A stretch of DNA of 64,000 nucleotides from Candidatus Poribacteria bacterium (lineage in GTDB: Bacteria; Poribacteria; WGA-4E; WGA-3G). The translations under genes were made by a program, and so were the position numbers. Shown here in pieces: positions 56,241 through 64,000 of this stretch. The notes below the pieces were generated by a model. It did not search any database. It saw only the letters and a program-made list of their open reading frames with translations, and was not told the origin of the DNA. Every line of letters starts with the position of its first letter. The first letter of the stretch is position 1. The stretch spans positions 3,008,001 to 3,072,000 of the forward strand of contig CBDANF010000003.1 in NCBI GenBank assembly GCA_965197475.1, given 5' to 3'.

Positions 56241-57317
56241 ATGGATAAGCTAAAAATCGCGCATATCGGGACAGGTAACCGCGGAACCAATACATATCTT
56301 CCGCTTATTTCAAAACTAACAGATGATTTAGAACTCGTTGCAGTGTGTGATGTACACGAAAGAAGAGTCACAGAGCAGGGAGATAAGTATGAAGTGTCAG
56401 CTTACACAGATACAGAAGAGATGTTGGAAAAGGAAAAACCAGATATCTGCTCTATTGTGATTACAGCGAGCAACAATCATATCCCCGGTTTTCTCTGTTC
56501 GCAACGCGGTGTGAGTTATTGCACAGAGACACCTGTAAATACCGATCTGGGACGTGCAGATAAAATGATTGAAGCTGCCAAAGAACACGGTGTGAAGTTA
56601 GAGGTCAACGAAAACTATTACCGTCGCCCATCCGAGCGAATCAAACGTGCGATGATTCTTGAAGGGGTATTTGGGAAGGTGAACGTTGCTCACAACGATT
56701 TTCGAGGCCACGGCTACCACGGTATCAGTCTTTTACGGAGTTACGTTGGCTTTGATAACGAACCGGTGCAGGTTTACGGGTTCCGAAAAGGGTTTAGGGT
56801 TCAGGAACACGTGTGGCGCAAAGGACAACCGCAGCGTAAGAATGAGGATTGGCAGCACGCAGTGATTGAATTTGCTGACGGTGCCGTTGGAATTTTCAAT
56901 TTCAGTAGTCTCTCCTACGGTTCGCCGCTGCGTGGTTTTAATGGGACGAAATTTTATGCGGAGCGCGGAATGTGCTTTTGTGACGATGCTGTCATCTTAA
57001 ACGATGATGCGGACGAACAACGTCAGGTAACTATCACGCGCAAAACAAACAACGTTGATGGATATGAAACGCTTGCTGCACTTGTTGCTGATACGGAACC
57101 TGAAGTAGTTTGGGAGAATCCATTGCAGTATTATCCGCTTAGCGATAGCGAAATTACCGTTGCATCGGAATTAATGAGTCTTGCAAATGCAGTTCGCAAC
57201 GATACTGAACCAGAATATGGCGCATACAATGGGCGCAAAGACAGAGAAATTGATATTGCCATGGCAAAGTCATGGAATAATAACGGTGCTGCCATTTCCT
57301 TCCCGCTTGAGTACTAA
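56241..57317 (+). CDS. Gfo/Idh/MocA family oxidoreductase
   Basis: IGTGNRG Rossmann motif, ELVAVCD, ETP. Confidence 0.78.
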   Translation: MDKLKIAHIGTGNRGTNTYLPLISKLTDDLELVAVCDVHERRVTEQGDKYEVSAYTDTEEMLEKEKPDICSIVITASNNHIPGFLCSQRGVSYCTETPVNTDLGRADKMIEAAKEHGVKLEVNENYYRRPSERIKRAMILEGVFGKVNVAHNDFRGHGYHGISLLRSYVGFDNEPVQVYGFRKGFRVQEHVWRKGQPQRKNEDWQHAVIEFADGAVGIFNFSSLSYGSPLRGFNGTKFYAERGMCFCDDAVILNDDADEQRQVTITRKTNNVDGYETLAALVADTEPEVVWENPLQYYPLSDSEITVASELMSLANAVRNDTEPEYGAYNGRKDREIDIAMAKSWNNNGAAISFPLEY

Positions 57318-57418
57318 TTAAGAGAAGAATATATTTCCATTTCATAACATTGTCTGCCACATTTTTCTTGTTATGATCATCATATTGGAGTATACTTAAG
57401 AGATAGGTTAAAATAAAA

Positions 57419-58327
57419 TTGGAGGATTCAAAGGTGTTGAAATATTTTCGATCTATTTTCACATTGCTGCTTGTTTTTGGTTTTAGTGTAACCATACTCG
57501 GCAACGAATGGGCAAACTTCTATTTCCCGGATAAACTTGGAAGTTTTTGGGTTTATGAAGATCAAGAAGGAAACGAATTAACTCGATATGCTGTTGAGGA
57601 AGAAGAGATAGATGGAGAAACATATCGTTCCTTCAGTTATGAACCTGCCATAGATGATTGGGAAAAATATCAGTATGCTGTGCATCCCTTTCTCTATCAA
57701 GTCGGTGAAGAATGGGTGGCACTTTATGTTGGCGATGAAATAGAAAAAGCTACAAAGGCAATCCTGAGTAAAGAAATCGATAAAACGATCACTACAATGC
57801 GTCAGCAGATCACGCAACAACTTCCTGCCGGTATAACAATTGATATTGACTACACTGTTGAGCCTAAAGCACAAGATTATTTTTATCTTTTACCGACACC
57901 TGTTACTTTTAATGAAGAATGGGTTGCGATGCAGCTTGACGTAAAACTTGAATGGACTATGGACATTCAAGGTGCACCAGTAGAAATTCCAGAAGAACAG
58001 AAGTCTATAGCCTCTACTACCAATGTTATTGAAACTGGTAACGTTATCGGAAAAGAAACTGTTGAAGTTGAAGCAGGGACGTTTGAAGACTGCATAAAAA
58101 TTGAGTATCGTACCAAAACAACGATGGATACTGGCCTCCCCGCCGAGATCAAACAACTCCTCCCCGAACAACAAACAAACGAATCACTTACAACATTGTG
58201 GTTAGCACCAAACGTCGGAATTGTCAAATTCAAGAGTGAAAATGAGCAATCCGATGAGGTGGTTACATTAGAATTAAAAAGTTATGAAATCAAATCGGAA
58301 GAATCGGAAAACGAAGATAGCAATTAA
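57419..58327 (+). CDS. Secreted hypothetical protein, tandem paralog 1 of 4
   Basis: Signal peptide; [15 protein letters not shown] and AGTFEDC.KIEY...[12 protein letters not shown] blocks. Confidence 0.8.
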   Translation: MEDSKVLKYFRSIFTLLLVFGFSVTILGNEWANFYFPDKLGSFWVYEDQEGNELTRYAVEEEEIDGETYRSFSYEPAIDDWEKYQYAVHPFLYQVGEEWVALYVGDEIEKATKAILSKEIDKTITTMRQQITQQLPAGITIDIDYTVEPKAQDYFYLLPTPVTFNEEWVAMQLDVKLEWTMDIQGAPVEIPEEQKSIASTTNVIETGNVIGKETVEVEAGTFEDCIKIEYRTKTTMDTGLPAEIKQLLPEQQTNESLTTLWLAPNVGIVKFKSENEQSDEVVTLELKSYEIKSEESENEDSN

Positions 58328-58389
58328 TCCGGCAAAGTGTCCCTAAACTATCTGTCCCAGATTAATTATCCTTTTTCTGAGGAACGCCA

Positions 58390-59355
58390 ATGTTGAAAAA
58401 ACTGTGTCTTTTCATGATATTTTTGCTGATCTTTTGTTTCAGTGCAGCACTGCCCGGAAATGAAGTGGAAACCCCAAAATATTTTCCAGCTGTGATCGGC
58501 AGTTATTGGGTTTATGTAGACCAAGATGGAAACGAACTGACACGCCGTGCGATTGAAGGTGAAGAAATTGCGGGTGAAATATATCACGGGTTCAGTTACG
58601 AACCTGAGTTAGAAGACTGGAAAGATTTTAACCGTTATATGTTTCCTTCTCTGTATAATATTGGAGAGGAGTGGGTTACGTTCCTTGTCGGTGATGAGGT
58701 TGAGAAAGCTGTGAAGGCACGTCTCACCAAAGAGATGGAAACTTTCACTCAATTGGCAAAGAAGACTATAGAAACTAACGCTCCATCCGAATTTGACATT
58801 ACCTTTAATCTCAACTATGATGTGGAGGTAGAGGCAGAGGGCCAATTCTATTTACTTGATATTCAAGCAACTCTGGATGAAGAATGGGACGCAACACAGA
58901 TTAGTGCCAGAATCACAATGGAGTTTGATATACAGGGTTTACCAGACTTTCAAGGTGCCGCTGAAATACCAATAATTACGCTTGGTTTTAATATCCGCGA
59001 AACAGGGAAAATCATCAACACAGAAACCGTTGAGACTGCCGCAGGCACATTTGAAGACTGTTTGAAAATTGAATACCAAACGGAAACAGAAATGATAGCA
59101 TCCGAACAGGGAGGACCAGAAAACCAGCCTGGTGAATCAGTGACAACCTTATGGTTAGCACTTAACATTGGTATTGTCAAATTTCACCAAGAGGCTGAAA
59201 AGATGTTTATGCATACTATGTCTGAAAGAGAACTTGTTGAAGCATCAGTATCCGAGGAAGAAGCTGCTGAGATCATTGCTGCTTCGGTCAAAACATTTGA
59301 ATTAAAGAAATACGAAATAGCTCCTGATGTGTCGCAAGACGATAATAGTAATTAA
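58390..59355 (+). CDS. Secreted hypothetical protein, tandem paralog 2 of 4
   Basis: Same conserved blocks. Confidence 0.8.
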   Translation: MLKKLCLFMIFLLIFCFSAALPGNEVETPKYFPAVIGSYWVYVDQDGNELTRRAIEGEEIAGEIYHGFSYEPELEDWKDFNRYMFPSLYNIGEEWVTFLVGDEVEKAVKARLTKEMETFTQLAKKTIETNAPSEFDITFNLNYDVEVEAEGQFYLLDIQATLDEEWDATQISARITMEFDIQGLPDFQGAAEIPIITLGFNIRETGKIINTETVETAAGTFEDCLKIEYQTETEMIASEQGGPENQPGESVTTLWLALNIGIVKFHQEAEKMFMHTMSERELVEASVSEEEAAEIIAASVKTFELKKYEIAPDVSQDDNSN

Positions 59356-59413
59356 CAGGTTACCTTGAGACTTACATCAACGAAATCAAAAAACCGAAAA
59401 TGGAGAATTCCTG

Positions 59414-60331
59414 ATGTTAAAAAAAATTTGTGTGGCATTGATATTTTTGCTGGTCTTAAGTTTTAGCGTAACCTTGTTAGGGAACGAATCGGCACAAAAA
59501 TATTATCCCAGCACGTTAGATAGTTTTTGGGTTTACGAAGACCAAGATGGAAACAAACTGACAGGTCGTGCAATTGAAAGTGAAGAGATTGCTGGGAAAA
59601 CTTTTCCTGCTTTCAGTTATGAACCTGAGTTAGAAGATTGGACAGAATATAACCCTTTTATGCATCCCTTTCTATATCAAATTAGCGATGCGGGGATTAC
59701 CCTTGTTGCTGGTGATGAGGCAGAGAACGCATTCAAGGCACGTCTTAAAAAGGAGATGGATACTTTCGTCGATATAATCAAAGGACAAGTTCCTCCAGAA
59801 ATTGATCTTAACCTTTTTCAATTAGATATTGAGATTGAAGTCCAAGGGCAAGACCATTTGTTCCTACTTCCAGAAGAAATTGTCGTTAATGAGGAGTGGG
59901 AAGTCAACCAGATTGAAGCCAACATGAAGTTGATCCCTCGCGGTGCCGATATCCCAGGAGATGAGCAATTGACAATAGATTATACCATTATTGAAACAGG
60001 GATTGTTCTTGGGACAGAAACTATTGAAACAGACGCTGGCACGTTTGAAGACTGCTTAAAAGTTGAGTATCGCACTGAAACAACGGCAGTAATGACACCC
60101 ATCCCTGAACCTGATGAAATAGCCCCTCCGGGAGAAACAGTAACAACCTTATGGTTTGCCCCCAATGTCGGAATTGTAAAATTCCAAGAAAAATCGGGAC
60201 ACATTTTCTTGGACATGATACCAGATGATGCGGGTTTTCCTATTGTTATTCCTCCAAATCCTGAAAAGATTTTTGAATTAAAGGAATTTGAAATCAAAAC
60301 CACAGATTCTGAGAGTAATGGTAGCAATTAA
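59414..60331 (+). CDS. Secreted hypothetical protein, tandem paralog 3 of 4
   Basis: Same conserved blocks. Confidence 0.8.
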   Translation: MLKKICVALIFLLVLSFSVTLLGNESAQKYYPSTLDSFWVYEDQDGNKLTGRAIESEEIAGKTFPAFSYEPELEDWTEYNPFMHPFLYQISDAGITLVAGDEAENAFKARLKKEMDTFVDIIKGQVPPEIDLNLFQLDIEIEVQGQDHLFLLPEEIVVNEEWEVNQIEANMKLIPRGADIPGDEQLTIDYTIIETGIVLGTETIETDAGTFEDCLKVEYRTETTAVMTPIPEPDEIAPPGETVTTLWFAPNVGIVKFQEKSGHIFLDMIPDDAGFPIVIPPNPEKIFELKEFEIKTTDSESNGSN

Positions 60332-60386
60332 GGTGTAGGACACAAATCTTAAGCATTAATTTGATTCCTAATTGGAGAAATACATC

Positions 60387-61298
60387 ATGTTGAGAAAAGT
60401 TCGGACTGTTTTTGTATTATTGCTTGTTTTTAGTTTTAGTGCAACATTGATGGGAAATGAATCGGCGAAAAACTATTTTCCGGCAACAGTTGGAAGTTTC
60501 TGGGTATACGAAGACCAAGATGGAAACGAATTGACACGCCGTGCTGTTGAAGGCGAAGAGATTGCAGGTGAAACGTATCACGCTTTTGAGTATGAACCTG
60601 CCTTTGAAAATTGGGAGAATTACGAGTATTACGTCCATCCCACGCTTTTTAAGGTAGATGACACAGGAATTAAGTTTCATATTGGTGATGAGGTTAAGAA
60701 AGCTTACAAGAAACGCCTTACAAAAGAATTGGAGGTTTCTATGGAAGAGTCCCGACAAAGAATGCCTGCTGAAGCGAACTTCAATCCTACATTTGATGTG
60801 GAAGTTGAGATAGAAACGCAAGACCATTTCTATATGCTGTCAACTCCCGTTACCCCTAATGAAGAGTGGGATGCAATGCGAGTCAAACCGACAATTAAGG
60901 TTAAGATAAGTTATACAGAAAACAATTCTGAAGTGGATCCAGAGTTAGCTGGACAATCTAGGTATTCTTCTCTCTATTTCACGATTTTGGAAACAGGAAA
61001 AATCTTAGGAACAGAAACTGTTGAAATCCCTGCAGGAACATTTAAAGACTGTTTGAAAATTGAATACCGCACTGAAACTGTGATGCCAAAATTACAAAGA
61101 TCAAGTTCCGGCGATCCTAAAGCAGGTGAATCTGTTTCTACGTTGTGGTTAGCTCCTAACGTAGGGATTGTAAAGTTTCGCCAGGAAGCAGATAGACCTT
61201 TGTTACAAGAAATGGCGAATGCTGATTCCACAACCCAAGTGAAAACACTTGAATTGAAAAAATACGAAATTAAATCGGATGCGGCGGAGAGTGAATGA
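60387..61298 (+). CDS. Secreted hypothetical protein, tandem paralog 4 of 4
   Basis: Same conserved blocks; stop overlaps the hemB start. Confidence 0.8.
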   Translation: MLRKVRTVFVLLLVFSFSATLMGNESAKNYFPATVGSFWVYEDQDGNELTRRAVEGEEIAGETYHAFEYEPAFENWENYEYYVHPTLFKVDDTGIKFHIGDEVKKAYKKRLTKELEVSMEESRQRMPAEANFNPTFDVEVEIETQDHFYMLSTPVTPNEEWDAMRVKPTIKVKISYTENNSEVDPELAGQSRYSSLYFTILETGKILGTETVEIPAGTFKDCLKIEYRTETVMPKLQRSSSGDPKAGESVSTLWLAPNVGIVKFRQEADRPLLQEMANADSTTQVKTLELKKYEIKSDAAESE

Positions 61299-62272
61299 GC
61301 GTATTTCCAATTTATCGTCCAAGGCGACTACGTGCAAATGAAAACCTTCGGCGACTTGTTCAAGAAACTAATCTATCGGTGGATGACTTAATCTATCCGA
61401 TGTTTGTTGTCCACGGGCAAAGGACAGCAATCGAAATTTCTTCTATGCCGGGATGTTACCAATACTCAGTGGATAGGCTCGTCTACGCTGCAAAAGAACT
61501 TGCATCACTTGGCATTCCCGGAACGATCCTGTTCGGAATTCCTGAAACGAAAGACCCACTTGGGTCTGAAGCTTATTCCGAAGATGGAATCATTCAGCAG
61601 GCTGTTCGTGCCATTAAGGATGCTGTCCCCGACCTGCTTGTGATGACAGACGTTTGTCTCTGTGAGTATACCGATCACGGTCATTGCGGTATCGTTGAAG
61701 ACAACGAGGTGCAGAACGACCCTACGCTTGATCTGCTTGTTAAAGAGAGTTTGTCGCATGCACAGGCGGGGGCTGATGTCATCGCACCTTCGGACATGAT
61801 GGATGGTCGTGTCGGTGCAATTCGCGATGCCTTAGACGAAGAAGGCTATGAAAATATTCCAATAATGGCGTATTCCGCAAAATATGCATCCGCTTTCTAC
61901 GGTCCCTTTCGTGAAGCAGCAGAATCCGCCCCTCAATTTGGTGACCGCCGCTCATATCAGATGGATCCCGCTAACTCTGAAGAGGCATTACGGGAAGTGA
62001 CGTTGGATATAGAGGAAGGCGCGGACATTGTGATGGTCAAACCTGCCCTCTCTTACCTTGATGTCATCTATCAAGTGAAAACGGAATTTCAGATGCCTGT
62101 TGCAGCGTATAACGTCAGCGGCGAATACGCTATGATAAAGGCAGCAGCGCAAAACGGGTGGGTTGACGAAAAGCGGGTTGCGCTGGAGGTATTAACAAGC
62201 ATAAAACGTGCAGGAGCAGATATAATTTTGACCTACTTCGCAAAATCAGTTGTAGAATGGCTAAAAGATTAG
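61295..62272 (+). CDS. hemB: Porphobilinogen synthase (ALA dehydratase)
   Basis: [44 protein letters not shown]. Confidence 0.96.
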   Translation: MSVFPIYRPRRLRANENLRRLVQETNLSVDDLIYPMFVVHGQRTAIEISSMPGCYQYSVDRLVYAAKELASLGIPGTILFGIPETKDPLGSEAYSEDGIIQQAVRAIKDAVPDLLVMTDVCLCEYTDHGHCGIVEDNEVQNDPTLDLLVKESLSHAQAGADVIAPSDMMDGRVGAIRDALDEEGYENIPIMAYSAKYASAFYGPFREAAESAPQFGDRRSYQMDPANSEEALREVTLDIEEGADIVMVKPALSYLDVIYQVKTEFQMPVAAYNVSGEYAMIKAAAQNGWVDEKRVALEVLTSIKRAGADIILTYFAKSVVEWLKD

Positions 62273-62296
62273 CTTTTGTCAATTGGAGACTCTTCT

Positions 62297-62353
62297 GTAG
62301 GAGCGACCTTGAATCAACACCGAATGCGCGTATGGTATTCGGTGAGTCGCGAT
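62297..62353 (+). repeat. GTAG-family REP-like element with internal hairpin
   Basis: gtaggagcgac...caccgaat...attcggtg...gtcgcgat. Confidence 0.55.
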
Positions 62354-62417
62354 TTCTTTGTAGGACAATTTCAATGCCTTAACTTTACAAATTTAAATCT
62401 TGAATTGGAGGAATGAA

Positions 62418-63701
62418 TTGGAGAGCAGCAAATCTTTATCAGCTTGGCAAAAATCGCAGCAATTTATCCCTGGTGGTGTTAACAGTCCTGTCCGTAATTT
62501 CAGCAAGGTCGGCGGACATCCGCGTTTTGTTGAACGAGGTAACGGGTCAAAAATTTACGACATTGATGGAAACGAGTATATTGATTATGTCGCTTCGTGG
62601 GGTCCGTTAGTATTGGGGCATGCACACCTAGATGTAGTGGAAGCTATCAACACCGCAGCCGCAAGTGGAACCAGTTTCGGTGCACCGACTACATTAGAAA
62701 CTGAACTTGCGGAAATAATTGTAAATGCAGTGCCTTCCATTGAGCAAGTTCGACTTGTCAACTCAGGCACCGAAGCCACGATGAGCGCGATTCGCGTCGC
62801 ACGTGGATATACCGGACGCAACAAAATTGTTAAGATAGATGGGTGCTACCATGGACATGTAGACTATCTTTTGGCAAAAGCGGGTTCCGGTGTTGCTACC
62901 TTCGGTCTTTCGGATAGTGGTGGTGTTCCAGAGGACTTCGCTCGCAATACACTTATTATCCCATTTAACGATCCTGAGGCACTGAAAACAACCATTGATG
63001 CCAATCAGGATGAAATTGCGTGCCTCATTCTTGAGCCAATTATGGGAAACATGGGTATCATCCCACCGAGCGAAGGTTATCTCAATGAACTCCGTGAAAT
63101 CACGGAAGAACACGGTATCGTGTTAATCTTTGATGAAGTAATTACAGGTTTCCGTGTAGCTTATGGCGGTGCACAATCATACTATAACGTCATACCGGAC
63201 ATGACCTGTTTAGGAAAGATTATCGGTGGCGGTCTACCTGTTGGTGCTTACGGTGGAAAACGAGAGATTATGCAGTGCGTCGCGCCAGAAGGTGATGTCT
63301 ATCAAGCAGGGACGTTATCAGGAAATCCGTTAGCCGTCACTGCAGGAATAACGACTTTGAAGAAATTGGCAGAACCGGGGGTCTACGAACAACTCGAAAA
63401 CAGTGCATCTGTCCTTGCAGATGCACTTGCCGAAGCGACTCAAAAATACAGAATTGACGCGTGGCATAGCCGTGTCGGTTCAATGTTGATGCTCTATTTC
63501 ACACCAGAATCCGTTACAGATGCCGATGGTGCACGGACTGCGGATACAGAACGTTTCCGTCAATATTTCTGGGGATTGCTGGAACGCGGTGTATACGTTG
63601 CTCCTTCCCAATTTGAAGCAGGATTTGTGTCCTTAGTTCATTCTGAAGAGGACATCACCACAACCGTTCAAGCCGCAACTGAAGTAATCGCTAATCTCTA
63701 A
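62418..63701 (+). CDS. hemL: Glutamate-1-semialdehyde 2,1-aminomutase
   Basis: [44 protein letters not shown]; likely TTG start after GGAGG. Confidence 0.96.
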   Translation: MESSKSLSAWQKSQQFIPGGVNSPVRNFSKVGGHPRFVERGNGSKIYDIDGNEYIDYVASWGPLVLGHAHLDVVEAINTAAASGTSFGAPTTLETELAEIIVNAVPSIEQVRLVNSGTEATMSAIRVARGYTGRNKIVKIDGCYHGHVDYLLAKAGSGVATFGLSDSGGVPEDFARNTLIIPFNDPEALKTTIDANQDEIACLILEPIMGNMGIIPPSEGYLNELREITEEHGIVLIFDEVITGFRVAYGGAQSYYNVIPDMTCLGKIIGGGLPVGAYGGKREIMQCVAPEGDVYQAGTLSGNPLAVTAGITTLKKLAEPGVYEQLENSASVLADALAEATQKYRIDAWHSRVGSMLMLYFTPESVTDADGARTADTERFRQYFWGLLERGVYVAPSQFEAGFVSLVHSEEDITTTVQAATEVIANL

Positions 63702-63810
63702 ACTATAGTAAAGTATACAAATAAGAGATACTGACGGTAGACCGCTTTGTAAGCGCGCTATCAGGGTACCTCAATAATTACAAACTTTGCTATAAAAGAA
63801 AAGGAATTGA

Positions 63811-64000
63811 ATGTCAAGTTTCGATCAAATTGTCAAATTAATTGTTGACGATCTTAGTGCTGTAGAGGCGAAACTTACTGAAAATACAGCGAGTGAATAT
63901 AGTTTTGTAGATATGGCGGTTCAACATGTTGTTGAAGGTGGTGGTAAACGGCTCCGTCCAATTCTTGTTCTGCTTTCCGCAAAAACGTGTGGATACGATG
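63811..64000 (+). CDS. Polyprenyl diphosphate synthase, N-terminal part (runs off window edge)
   Basis: MSSFDQIVKL...GGGKRLRPILVLLSA. Confidence 0.85.
   Translation, partial: MSSFDQIVKLIVDDLSAVEAKLTENTASEYSFVDMAVQHVVEGGGKRLRPILVLLSAKTCGYD

Noticed and set aside
856-63113. Numerous 60-180 aa ORFs overlapping larger genes
   Set aside because: Antisense or alternative-frame ORFs inside well-supported CDSs, with no motifs
1-64000. tRNA, rRNA, riboswitch, prophage or integrase genes
   Set aside because: None recognised by eye; an Infernal/Rfam and tRNAscan run would be needed to exclude small RNAs

Overview
Bacterial chromosomal window, gene-dense, with no rRNA, tRNA or CRISPR array detected. 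The gene repertoire suggests a Candidatus Poribacteria-like sponge symbiont (inference): several PhyH dioxygenases, sulfatase-fold and FGE-domain proteins, Gfo/Idh/MocA oxidoreductases, and secreted WD40/LRR/dockerin proteins with FlgD-like or 'GKLxxxWGxLK' C-termini. Housekeeping genes are purL, purQ, hemB, hemL and a partial polyprenyl synthetase. The most striking structure lies between a TIM-barrel gene (24549-25370) and purL. Three cargo genes there are each followed by a displaced copy of the 3' end of the gene upstream of them, and no integrase or transposase is present. The last 114 bp of the TIM-barrel gene recur after each of two WD40-metallopeptidase-LRR paralogs. The C-terminal ~75 codons of a Type ISP restriction-modification gene recur after a hypothetical gene. 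Other accessory features: a UvrD helicase with an in-frame GIY-YIG nuclease next to a degenerate mazEF, an internally deleted Rpn gene that keeps its small C-terminal ORF, a HEPN-motif protein fused to an antitoxin-like tail ahead of a PIN toxin, a RelE/HTH TA pair, a frameshifted porin in front of a BCCT transporter, four tandem secreted paralogs, and many MITE/GTAG-REP-like elements. All alignments and mismatch counts were done by eye.
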